From the NCBI RefSeq assembly GCF_009914755.1, contig NC_060936.1: DNA of 64,000 nt, one strand, 5' to 3'. The translations under genes were made by a program, and so were the position numbers. Below, one piece after another: positions 52,201-64,000 of the stretch; position 1 is the first letter of the stretch, and every line of letters starts with the position of its first letter. The notes below the pieces were generated by a model, which was not told the DNA's origin, did not search any database, and worked only from the letters and a program-made list of their open reading frames with translations. The DNA is from the human T2T-CHM13v2.0 reference genome, Homo sapiens.

Positions 52201-53288
52201 CTTCACTTAATGTACTCCATCATTTTTTTGTCTAGGAGTCATTCTATTAATGAGTTTGCACCATCTCCTGGGGTTCTCTCCAAAGTAGTAAATCCTGTAT
52301 CTTGGGCAAATATTCCCAAATCACAAACTCTCTCTTATCAAACTATGTTCCAGCCCCTTTGATTAAACACCTGGAAAATCTAGTCCCACATATACTCTCT
52401 GGCTTTTGCTAGGTCCTTAACCTTCTTTAGTATGTAGTCTTTTTTATGTCTTCTCAGCCCCAATAGGTCCTTGCTTGGTTATTCTGTGACTTAACACTAA
52501 CAATAGACTTAGCGGATAAGAAAGGATGTGGAGCCATATGGTGGTTGTTTGGGGGGACAGTGCAAATGTCTTCTGCGGAGGAGGATCTGTATTGTCTCCA
52601 GGGGAAGGGAGAAGCCTAGACTTTGATAAGGAGAGGTAACCATTTCTTGAGGCTCAGATACTTTACGGGAAACTATGGATTCAAAATTCAGACAGAGTGT
52701 CAACCCAAGTGTCCCTATGCCATACGTTAGAGCATGCGTTAAGGCATCATTCCTCCCCAGCAAGGGACCTGACCCTTATAGCAGGCCTTTTCTGTTAGGG
52801 AACTTAAACTATTTTCTAGCTCAGTTATTCTAAAGATCAAGTCTCTAATCCTCAGTTTCTGGTCCTCAGTATTGCTTGCCCTCCTTCTACAGGAGATGAG
52901 AACTTCCCTGTATGCTACCAAAGAGGCCCTCCGATATTTATATTAGCTTTCAGTTGGTGAATAATTGTTTTCCACTTGTTATTTTCTAAAGTGTCAATTT
53001 AGCTTAGCAAGAACCACTCAATTCCATTGACCTTATAATTAACTGTTTTTTTCATGGTTATCAAACCATTGACATAACGCACCAGCCAGTGCATTCTTTT
53101 CCACTACTATGCACCATTCCAATACACACTAGTGGAACTTTTAACAACTAGACTACCATTTTGTACCAGAGTCTATCTGTACCCATCAAATTAAATATTA
53201 GGATCCTATTGCTAGCTTGATGGTGAATAAGCATATTTTCCAAATTCCTATGAATCTCCTGCTGCTTTGAATTGTTCCTAGTACGAGT
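49250..53288 (-). mobile_element. Old ERVL-class internal region (HERV16/ERVL-E-like gag-pol relic)
   Basis: Antisense similarity to the HERV-L above: SLIEHWKFLLKGQLK (integrase), GIKMLEEVGMQE and DLIFRITEL (gag); decayed PBS next to the LTR. Confidence 0.8.
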
Positions 53289-53682
53289 TGTTACTTGTTG
53301 AGTTCTTCAGGAAGTAGACTCTGAGATGGAGTGTCTCATGCAGATCAGTAGGCAGTGTTTTGTTATCAACACCTGTACAAGAAAGAGTAAGGAAAAAAGA
53401 TTAGTCATGGGGAAAATTAAAAAGCATTCCACACCCAGTGACAGCTTCAGATAATACCACAGGAAGCTCTAAAGCTAAGCCTGCCCTTAGAGTTCCCTCA
53501 AGTTGAAGCAAAATGATTAGGGATTTATACCCTTTCATTGACTATTCACTGGATGAGGAACCCATGAAAGGGACATGATCTTGGCCAAGGTGGCTTTCTA
53601 CAGCTAAGTCCATTCCTGAAAGTGCTGACAGCTGAACACTGTCTTTTTCTCTTTCATGAGAACAAGTCCTTCAGTGAGTCAC
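53289..53682 (-). mobile_element. LTR16-like 5' LTR of the ERVL relic
   Basis: ggaagtagactctgagatggag...tcaacacctgt...ggaagctct...gcccttagagtt...tttataccc; abuts the internal region. Confidence 0.72.
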
Positions 53683-53807
53683 AGTGTTCAGAATAATGTG
53701 CAAGGTACTCAACTGGAGATACAAAGATAAATAAGAAATGTTGGGCCCTTTGGGAGGAAGACATATATCATTTTGCCAAGTCATAGTGATGAATAAAGAA
53801 AACACAC

Positions 53808-53853
53808 ATTAAAAGTAATGGCAAAAACTGCAATTATGTTTGCACCAGCCTAA
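53808..53853. mobile_element. MADE1 half element
   Basis: attaaaagtaatggcaaaaactgcaattatgtttgcaccagcctaa followed by TA. Confidence 0.85.
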
Positions 53854-54394
53854 TATAGTGAAGAATTGTAGATGGCCCAGAGATATTTGCTTCTCTAAAT
53901 TTAATTTATTTCAAATTACTGGTCTCCTTTTAATTCATCTCTGACTTGAGGTTTTACTTATCATGTGAGCTCTTCTTTATCTCGATACACGATACATTTT
54001 ACCATGGCACACTCTAGCAGTTAGTTATTCTACATCTCATACCACCGAAGCTGCATTGTAAAACTGGAATAAATAAAAGAAGCCAAATACATAAAATGTG
54101 GCTATATCCTAGTGCTCAGTGAAAAGAACTCTACAAAGCAAACATAATGTAATCATGGGTCAATAAGCATAAAATTAAATGGTGAACTGCAATAGTATTT
54201 TAGTATAAGGCTTCTCTGTGAATGAAGAATTGAACTTTATGCACTTGACCTCTAGGACAAAGGATATGGAGGACTCATGACCCATGTCTGGGTACCCTCT
54301 GTCTGTAATTTCTCTGTAGTGGACCACAAAGTGGTTTGAAATGCACAAGTGAAAAGTAAAGAGAATGCCTTAGAGATTATTAATCCTGGGTTTA

Positions 54395-54820
54395 CACCCT
54401 ACTCCTGCAAGAATGGCCATAAATAAAAAATAAAAAATAAAAATAAGAGATGTTGGCATGGATGCAGTGAAAAGGGAACACTTTTATATTGGTGGTGGGA
54501 ATGTAAACTAGCATAAACAGTATGGTGGTTCCTTAAAGAACTTAAAGTAGATCTACCATTTGATCCAGCAATCCCACTACTGGGTATCTACCCAGAGGAA
54601 AAGAAGTCATTCTATGAAAAAGACATTTGCACACACATGTTTTTAGCAGAACAATTCGCAATTATGAAAATATGGAACTAGCCTAAATGCCCATCAACCC
54701 ACAAGCGGATAAAGAAAATGTGATGTGCGTGTGTGTGTGTGTATGTGTGTGTGTGTGTATATATATACACACACACTATATATATATACACACAAACACT
54801 ATATATATGTATGTGTGTAT

Positions 54821-54853
<33 letters not shown>

Positions 54854-55230
54854 AACACCATGGAATACTACTCAGCTATAAAATGGAATGAAATAATAGC
54901 ATTTGCGCAACCTGACTGGAGTTGGACACCATTATTCTAAGTGAAGTAAATTAGGAATGGAAAACTAAACATCGTATGCTCTCACTTATAAGTGGGAGCT
55001 AAGCTATAAGGATGCAAAGACATAAGAATGATATAATGTACTCTGGGGACTTGGGGGGAAAGGTGGGAGGACGAGTGAGGGATAAAGGATGACATATTGG
55101 GTGCAGTATACACTGCTCAGTTAATGGATGCACCAAAATCTCGGAAATCACACCTGAAGAATGTATCCATGTAACCAAACACCACCTGTTCCCCAAAAAC
55201 TATTGAAATATTAATAGTAATAATAACAGA
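54395..55230 (+). mobile_element. 5'-truncated L1PB (L1PB1/2-like) with internal (TG)/(CA) microsatellite
   Basis: 3'UTR ...tgcaccaaaatctc.gaaatcac...ccacctgttccccaaaaactattgaaat; perfect 13-bp TSD AATCCTGGGTTTA (54382-94, 55231-43). Confidence 0.92.
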
Positions 55231-56339
55231 AATCCTGGGTTTAGCTAATGTATTCAAAGTTAAGGATGTAGGGATGTGGTGTTAATCTTGAGCCTGCAGG
55301 AATCAGTGGCTAATTTCTTTTCCTGTGGAAAGAAGTGAAGTAAAATGTCTATAGTTCTTGGCAAGCTAATGAGAGACCTGCGAAGCAAGCATTAGATTGC
55401 TGATGGACTCCTCAGAGCAAACCAACCTTAAAGAGAAGACCATTGTAGGAGCCAGGAGCAGAGAACTCAGAAATTCCCAGCTAGGACATAACCAGTTCAA
55501 GAGATCCTCTTAGGAGAGGCCAATCTAATCCTCTAATTTCTGTGGTGTAAAGAAGTCATTCTAACTTCTGCAGAGAGGCCATTTGACAAAGGCCATCAGC
55601 AGAGTGTTGGGAAGGTGGTGCCATCACCAGCAATACAAGAAAGGTGTCTTCAAAATACTTCAATTCTAATTATTGAGGAAAAGCATTTGGCAGAATAAGA
55701 ACATTGATAAATCTTCAAACACTGTAAGGAAAAAGAGGAAAGAGAAAACTTGTAGAGAATGTTCCAAGAAGGATTAAATAGTTCTTTAAAATATATTTTT
55801 TAAAACTTGAGGTTTTTTAAAAATCAAAATTGATTGAGAATGCATATGCTGCTACATAAAGATCTGTACATATTATAAGTGAAAAACTACAAATAGCTTA
55901 TCATGGGGATCACTTGTTCTCTCCTCCCTCAGGTCCTGCCTGCTTTTCTCTGCACGTCAGCTTTCTCATTATTTTCTGCTCTGTCATAACTTCAGTTTTT
56001 CTATGGCTTCTTTAGGCCTTTTCTCTAAGTCATATCTTTTCACTTTAAACTCCCAATGTTAAGTAGAAGACATTTAATGTTTTTGTTATTACAAATGCAA
56101 TCTCATAGAAGCAAGAATCTGACAGGCCTGAGTCATCTTTTCAAGTCAGTTCACAGAGGTCACTGTTGCCTGGTCAGCCCATAGTGAAGGAACCATTTGT
56201 TACATAATTACAGTTTAGGCAGCCAGGGCTGTCACAGACTCACTTACTTTCAGAAGTGAGTGTGGTCAGAGATGGTGTTTCAGCCCATATCTATGCAGCA
56301 CACTGGCCAAAGTTTTATATGATGTTCTCAGAACCCTTT

Positions 56340-56508
56340 GATAGTATATATATGTAGATAGATAGATAGACACATATATATACTATCTATACAATATATA
56401 TAGTCTATTATATATATAGCCTCTTTATATAGAATATATATTTATATAATATATAATATATAAATATATATAATATATATTTTATATGTATATACACACA
56501 CACACACT
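56340..56508. repeat. TA-rich low-complexity tract
   Basis: Directly visible. Confidence 0.9.
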
Positions 56509-56758
56509 CAGGCCATCCATACCTTTATTTATTCATACACTGGACATTGCAGGTAGAAAAATCCATTGACTATATCTTACAAATAAATTATTTCTCCAAA
56601 TTGAGGAAGGTTTATACTGCATCTGCTCCGTACTCCCTACCATCCTCCACACCTTTTCTGAAACCCTTTCTAGAATAAGCCTCTGATTAAAGCAGCCTCA
56701 ACGTCCCATGGCTATCCACATGGATACCAAGCAATTTTCTTTAGGAAGATTCAGGTCT

Positions 56759-56776
56759 CACTGCCCTCTAGTGGGA
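56759..56776 (-). promoter_or_regulatory. CTCF motif
   Basis: Minus strand TCCCACTAGAGGGCAGTG, a full match to CCASYAGRKGGCRS. Confidence 0.55.
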
Positions 56777-57361
56777 GTGGAACATGCAGCAGTTTTGCTG
56801 CTAATAATAGGGGTTGAAGTTTGGATAAATGGGATACACTTTATTGCTCACAAAGAACCACGTGAGAAAAAAGAAAGAAGAGGGCTTTCGTATGGAAGCA
56901 TAAAAAGGCATTGTGTATAGAAAATCCACAACACTCTGGGAAGAAAGGAAGAACAAGGAGAAAAGCCCACACGCCAGGCAGGAGCCACAAGCTTAGAGAA
57001 CAAACTCGAGTGAAGATGAAGTACAGCAGGTATCAGGCAATGAAGAGTTATCTGGATGCCCAGGAGCTGTGTGGGAGCAAAGTTCTCATTAGAGGACTGC
57101 CTTATCATCACGTGAATAGGGATGTCAAACTCAGCAGTCACTCATTTTCAGTATTTTCAGACTTCAAACCACCTGCATTCAGGTATGAGTCAGATATAAT
57201 GTCAAATTCATGCCACCTTTGATTTTCCCTTGGGATACTTCCCTGCAGTATCACCTCAGGTCTACCAATACCTGGAACATAATTAAATGCTTCTCAAAAG
57301 CTGGCTTCATGAGCTGTAAGATCAACAGGGACCTCTAGACCATATATACATATATATTTAA

Positions 57362-58942
57362 GATGACCATACTGCCCAAAGCAATCTATAAATTCAATAC
57401 AATTGTTATCAAAATACCAATTTTATTTATTACAGAACTAGAAAAAGCTATTTTTAAATTAACACGGAACCAAAAAAGAGCCCAAATAGCCAAAGCAATT
57501 CTTAGCAAAAAGAACAAAGCTGGAGACATCACATTATCTGAATTCAAATTATGCCACAAAGTTCTAGTAATCAAAACAACATAGTACTGATATAAAAATA
57601 GACACATAGATCAGTGGAACAGAATAGAGAACCCAGAAATAAAACCACGTATGTGTTACCCACTGATCTTTGACAGAGCTGACAAAAACATGCACTGAAG
57701 AATGGACACCCTATTCAATAAATGGTCCTGGGAAAATTGAATTGACATATGCAGAGGAATAAAACTGGGCCTTTCTCTCACACAACATATACAAAAATTA
57801 ACCCAAGATGGATTAAAAAGTTAAATGTAAGACTAAAACCTGTCTAAGTACTAGAAGAAACTCTAGTTTCTATGAGAAACTCTTCTGCACATTGGTCTAG
57901 GTAAATAATTCACAACTAAGACCTCAAAAACACAAGCAACAAAAATAGACAAAAGTGACTTAATTAAACTAAAAAGCTTCTGCACAGCAAACAAAATAAC
58001 AGAGGGAACAAACAACCTTCAGAAAGGGAGAAAATATTTGCAAACTATGCATTCAACAGAACACGAATATCCATAATTTATAAGGAAATCTACCCAATGA
58101 CAACAAAAAACAACTCTGTTAAAAAGCAGGTAAAGAACATGAGCAGACATTCAAAAGAAAACATACAAAGATCCAACAAGCATATACAAAAAAATTCTCA
58201 ACATTAGTAATCATCAGATAAATGCAAATTAAAACCATAAGGTGATATCACATTACAACAGCCAAAATGAAAAAAAAAAAAAAAAACATACACTGGCGAG
58301 GATGCAGAGAAGAAGAAAATTTACTTACTGTTGGTGAGAATGTAATTACTACAGCCTCCATGGAAAACAGTATGGAGATTTCACAAAGAACTAAAAATAG
58401 AACTATCATTGGATCCAGCAATCTTACTACTCAACATCTTCCAAAGGAAAAAAACAAGTCAGCATATGAAAAAGGTGTGTGTATGTTTATCATTTATTGT
58501 GGCACTATTCACAATAGCAAAGATATGTAATCAACAAATCTAAGTGTCCATCGACGGATTAGATAAAGAAAATGTGGCCTATGTACACAATAGAATACTA
58601 CTCAGCCACAGGAAAGAATGAAATCATGTCTTTTGAGCAACATGGATGGAATCGGAGGCCATTATCTAAGTGAAACAACTCAGAAACAGATAAAGACTGC
58701 ATGTTTCACCTATGACTGGGATCTAAATAATGTGTACACCAGAGTGTGGAATAATAGACATTGGAGACTTGGAAGATTGTGGGAGTGAGAGGGGAGTGGA
58801 TGATGAGAAACTTCTTAATGGATACAATATACATTATCTGAGTGGCTGATACACTAAAAGCTCAGACTTCACCACTATTCAGTATATCCATGTAACAAAG
58901 CTGCATGTATACCCCTAAAATGTAGATAAATTTTTAAAAAAG
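57362..58942 (+). mobile_element. 5'-truncated L1PB3/4-like element
   Basis: ORF2 peptide [12 protein letters not shown]...[11 protein letters not shown]; 3'UTR gatgagaaa..cttaatgg.tacaat...cagacttcaccact. Confidence 0.88.
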
Positions 58943-60439
58943 TTTAAAGAGGTTTGTTTGGTTCACAGTCTGGGTGTAATGGCTATCTATATTTTTCTTA
59001 ATAGAATATTGTGGGTTATACAAATGAAGGTTACTTATGTACTAGATGTTAAGCCTCAGTTGCTAGAGATGAAACATCACCCTACAATTTTGATCTTATT
59101 TTACTATTAATTATTTTCCAAAAAGCCTCTTAATTTCCTAAGTGGTTTTGAAACTCTAACCCAAGTGAATTGTGTGCAATATTGAAAATCAAACAAAACA
59201 GGAAAATTATATAAAATCGCAGCAGTTCTCAGGATAAAAGCTATTAATGAATCTAAATTGAGACCCTCCTCACTCATCCTAAGTCACTAACAACGACGAT
59301 TTTATGATGGCATGTTCTGTAAAATTGTGGTGGTCTTCTTCTTTGGAATCTGACACTTAAAATATCATATGTGGATAACTGAGATCATAATGAATTTGTG
59401 CCAGTGTAAGACACAGCTCTTAAGCAGAGAAAATAAAAATATTTTTAAAAAACCTCCATGGACTCTTGAAGATCAAAGTTTGTGCTTGTATATAAAAGAT
59501 AACATTAAACTGTTATCTCTAGAGAATATTTCTCTTGAGAATCTGAAGAAAATTTTGAAGAAGATACAAATATATGTTGGTGTGAAGACATGCGGAAAAG
59601 AGGATAAAAGAATCCATGCCCAGATGCCGTTTGGCTTCATGCTCTTTATTGCTCCACTCTTATCATCTCTCCTACTAGCTCCCATCACAGGATTATTTCT
59701 ATTCTTATAGTGGATCTAATTCGCCCCCTACCTCCTGGACTGGTTTAGCTCCAAGATTGTGTTCCCAAAAAACTTTATTTGGCATCAAGACTATTCTTGC
59801 TTCTGAGCCTTATATTTTGTTCAGTCTGTGCTTAACAATGCAGTCACTTTCTCTGGATATCAGTAATGAAACTTCCTTTCCTTGGTCCCCATCCCATGTT
59901 GTCAAGTCCCCATGCTATGGCTTTTGAGATTCTCAAGTCCCTGAAGGTGGATCTATTTTACCCTCCAAACCCATTTCAATGAACTGATGGCCTAGAATAC
60001 TTTTACTGTCTTGGAGCCTGAGCTGAAAGCTCTCAAGGCCTTTATGAACTGCACTGGAGTCATGATCCTTGTTTCCCACACTATGACCACCAGTTAGAAT
60101 CTTGTAGTGAGACATGCATTCTAGTCCCACACTCCTTTATTTTATAAAGTACCATCAAAAGTCTCAGTGTTGACTGCATGTGCCAAATAATCCCATCTTT
60201 ATAAAACAGATCTAAATATCAACTATAAAGATCCAAGGAGTCACGAAAATGAGAACTTCCGATGGTGCTTTCGAAGACATGGAATGGAATGTATGGAAAA
60301 TTCACTGGGGAATGAAGAAGACATGAATAAAAGAGAACCAGGCAGTGGCAATGACCAGTTGAAAATAGAGGGCACAAATATCTCATTGTTTAGATCTTCA
60401 TTATGTTTTATTTTCCCTAAGGATTAGTGTGTGGGCTTG

Positions 60440-63171
60440 TGTTGTGGACTGTATGTTTGTGTCTCTCCAAAATTCATATGTTGAAGCCGTGTATTAGTCT
60501 ATTTTTATACTGCTATAAAGAACTGCCTGAGACTGGGTAATTTATGAAGGAAAGAGGTAATTAATTCACAGGTCAGCATGGCTTGAGAGGCCTCAGGAAA
60601 CTTATGATCATGGTGGAAGGTGAAGGGGAAGCAAGGCAATTTCTTCACAAGGTGGCAGGAAGGAGAATTGCTGAGTGAAGGGGGAAGAGCCCATTATAAA
60701 ACCATCAGATCTCATAATAACTCACTCACAATTATGAAAACATCATGGGGTAAACAGCCCCCATGATTCAATTACCTCCAACTGGTCTCTCGATTGACAT
60801 GTGGAGATTATGGGGGTTACAATTCAAGATGAGATTTAGGTTGGGACACAAAACTTAACCATATCATTCTACCCCTGGCTCCTCCTAAATCTCATGTCCC
60901 TTTCATATTTCAAAACTAATCATACTTTGCCAGCAGTTCCTCAAAGTATTAATTCATTCCAGCATTAACCCAAAAGTCTAAATCCATAGTTTCATCTGAA
61001 AAACAGGCAAGCTTCTTCTGTCTATGAGCCCATAAAATCAAAAGCAAGTTAGTTACTTCCTAGATACAATGGGAGTTTAGGCAATGGGCAAATACACCTG
61101 TTCCAAATGGGATAAATTGGACAAAACAAAGGGATTACAGGCCCCATGCAAGTCCAAAATTTTAAAGTTCCAAAATGATCTCCTTGATTCCACGCCTCAC
61201 ATCCAGGACATGCTGATGCTAGAGATGGGTTCCCATGGTCTTGGGCAGCTCTGCTGCTATGACTTTGAAGGGTACAGCCCCCCTCCTGGCTTCTTTCATG
61301 GGCTGGCATTGAGTTTCTGCAGCTTTTCCAGGTGCATGGTACAAGCTGTCATTAAATCTACCACTCAGAGGTCTGGAGGATGGTGGCCTTCTTCTCACAG
61401 CTCCACTAGTCAGTGCTCCAGTGTGGACTCTGTGTGGAGGCTCCACTCCAATTGCACATTTCCCTTCCACATTGCCCTAGCAGAAGTTGTCCATGAGGAC
61501 TCCACCCCTGCAGCAAACTTCTGCTTGACATCAAGGTGTTTCCACACATCCTCTGAAATCTAGGAGGAGATTCCCAAATTTCAATTCTTGACTTCTGGGT
61601 ACCACAGTCCCAACACCACATGGAGGCCACCAAGACTTGGGGATTGCACCCTCTGAAGCAACATCTTGTGCTGTACCTTGGCCCCTCAGGACCAGAGTTG
61701 GAGCAGCTGGGACACACAGCACCAAATCCTGAGACCACATAAAGCAACAAAGCCCTGGGCCAGGTCCATGAAACCATTTTTCCTCTAGGCCTCTGGGCCT
61801 GTGATGGGAGAGGCTGCCATGAATACCTCTGACATGCCCTGAAGACATTTTCCCCATTGTCTTGGTGATTAACATTTGGCTGCTTGTTATTTATGCAAAT
61901 TTCTGCAGCTGGCTTGAATTTCTCCTCAGAAAATGGATTTTGTTTTTCTATCACATTGTCAGCCTGCAAATTTTCCAAACTTTTATGCTCAGCTTCATTT
62001 TTAAACCTCTTTCAATTCCAAACCATCTCTTTGTGAATGCATAAAACTGAATGCTTTTAAGAGCACACAAGTCACCTCTTGAATGCTTTGCTGCTTAGAA
62101 ATTTATTCTGCCAGATACCCTACATCATTTCTCTCAAGTTCAAAGTTCTGCAGATTTCTAAGGCAGGGGCAAAATGCCACCAGTCTCTTTGCTAAAGCAT
62201 AGCAAGAGTCACTTTTATTCCAGTTCCCAATGAGTTCCTCATCTCCATCTGAGACCATCTCAGCCTGGACTTCATTGTCCATATCACTGCCAGCATTATA
62301 GTCAAACCCATTCAACAAGTCTCTAGGAAGTTCTGAACTTTCCCACATTTTCCTGTCTTCTTCTGAGACCTCCAAACTGTTCCACCTTTGCCTGTTACCC
62401 AGTTCCAAAGTTGCTTCCGCATTTTTGGGTATCTTTATAGCAGCACTCCACTCTATGTGGTACCAATTTACTGTATTAGTTCACTTTCATACTGCTATTA
62501 AGAACTTCCTGAGACTGGGTAATTTCTAAAGGAAAGAGATTTAATTACTCACAGTTCAGCATGGCTCGGGAGGCCTCAGGAAACTTACAATCATGGCAGA
62601 AGGTAAAGCAGAAGCAAGGCACCTTCTTTACAAGGCGCAGGAAGGAGAAGTGCTGAGCAAAATGTGGAAGAGCCCCTTACAAAACTATCAAATCTCATGA
62701 GAACTCACTTGCTATCATGATAACAGCATGGGGGAAACTGTCCCCATGATTCAATTACCTCCAACTGGTCTCTCCTTTGACATGTGGGAACTGTGGGGAT
62801 TACAATTCAAGATGAGATTTTGGTGGGGGACACAAAGCCTAACCATATCATACCCTAGCTCCAAATGGCATGATATTAAGTGGTGCCATCGTTGAGAGGT
62901 AATTTGCTTATGGGAGTGGAAACTTCACGATGCAATAAGTGCCCTTATGAGAAGAGACAGGACATAATTTGCTTTCTTTCTTGGTTCTCTTTCATGTGAA
63001 AATAAAGCAAAAAGAAAGCTATCTCCAAACCAGAAAGAGGAACCTCAGTAGACAAAGAATCTTTTGGCACCTTGCTCTTTGACCTCCTGGCCTCCAGAAC
63101 TGAGTAATAAATGTTTGTTGTTTAAGCCACCAAGTCTATGATAATTTGTTACAGCTACCCTGACTAAGATA
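60440..63171 (+). mobile_element. MLT1A LTR split by THE1 insertion
   Basis: Halves at 60440-60489 and 62851-63171; perfect 5-bp TSD GCTTG (60435-39, 63172-76). Confidence 0.88.
60490..62850 (-). mobile_element. Complete THE1D-like MaLR (LTR-internal-LTR)
   Basis: LTRs 60490-60866 and 62472-62850 (tgtattagt...aaccatatca); ~1.6 kb internal with MaLR ORF remnants (EEDRKMWESSELPRDLLNGFD). Confidence 0.93.
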
Positions 63172-64000
63172 GCTTGTTAGGAGAGCTGAGGCAGTGGTTA
63201 GAAGGAAGGAATTCTGGTTTGAAATTGAAATAGATGGCTTAGAAAGTTTCAGGAAGGTAAGGATATTGACTGTGCAAGTCCTGAAGTAACTGAGCCAAAA
63301 GGTAGAAAAGTTAAGGGGTTACTGCTGCAGAGATCTCTAACTGCTATCTATGATTCAATATGTTTTCATTATATATTTTTTGTTATTTAATTATAAAACA
63401 GCTGAGTGGGAGTATTAAATTGAAAGTAATCTGTGGTTGAACAGACAAGATGCTGAGCTGGAGATCTCAGAGAAGACACAACACCTCGATTGGCTACTTC
63501 TAGTGTCATGTGACATGAGAACGAAGTCCTGTGAGGGTTAAGCAGGCTTATCAAAATTGGAGGCTAGAATATATAAAACTGATGCAATGAACAGGCTGAG
63601 GAGAAACACATGAGGAGGTAGTGCCAATAGTGGTTCTAAAAGAATGATCCAAAAGAAAACATAGGCTTTATCATATATAGATAAACATATATCTATATAT
63701 GGCATTTCTAATGTCCTGAAAAACAGTAATAGGAATTGAAGAGAAATTTGAGAATAGATTTTAGAGGTTTTTTTTTTTTTTCAACCTGCAATGGAAGAGA
63801 GACAGTAGAAATAAGGTGAGGTGAATCAATGCAGATGCTATTTAAGTAGCAAAGTTATAATTGGGGTTGCTTATTTTCATAATAGAAATGACAAAAGAAT
63901 TGAGGTGGACACACAATGTGAGACAAAAGCAATAGTTATTTTGGGGCTTACTGGAAATGCTTTTATACAGAGCCAAGGGGCGGGGGGTGTTTGAATATTG

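Noticed and set aside
61049-62408. Long ORFs up to 190 aa
   Set aside because: Frameshifted remnants of the THE1 internal ORF and its antisense frames

Overview
AT-rich, CpG-poor primate (human/great-ape-like) genomic DNA, as shown by AluY, L1PA2, THE1 and MLT2A1 elements. It is intronic or intergenic and dominated by transposable-element relics. I recognise no intact protein-coding gene. The listed ORFs are repeat-derived (Alu, L1 ORF2, ERVL gag/pol, THE1-int) or low-complexity. The main structure is a full-length, two-LTR HERV-L provirus (MLT2A1 LTRs, ~21961-28677, +) with tRNA-Leu PBS, decayed gag-pro-pol-dUTPase, PPT and no env. Also present: an older ERVL-class internal region with an LTR16-type LTR (~49250-53682, -), a complete THE1D-like MaLR nested in an MLT1A LTR (60440-63171), several L1s with target-site duplications (TSDs), Alus, MADE1, MER20, MIR and L2. 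The most notable unexplained signals are a candidate 21-nt frame-preserving microexon on the minus strand (17358-17378), a perfect 70-bp AT-rich palindrome in the HERV-L 3' LTR only, DUX4-type sites in the ERVL/MaLR LTRs, two CTCF-like motifs, and several template-switch or inversion scars. I found no evidence for a novel multi-gene system. Subfamily names come from recalled consensus sequences and need Dfam/RepeatMasker confirmation. Boundaries without a TSD are approximate.
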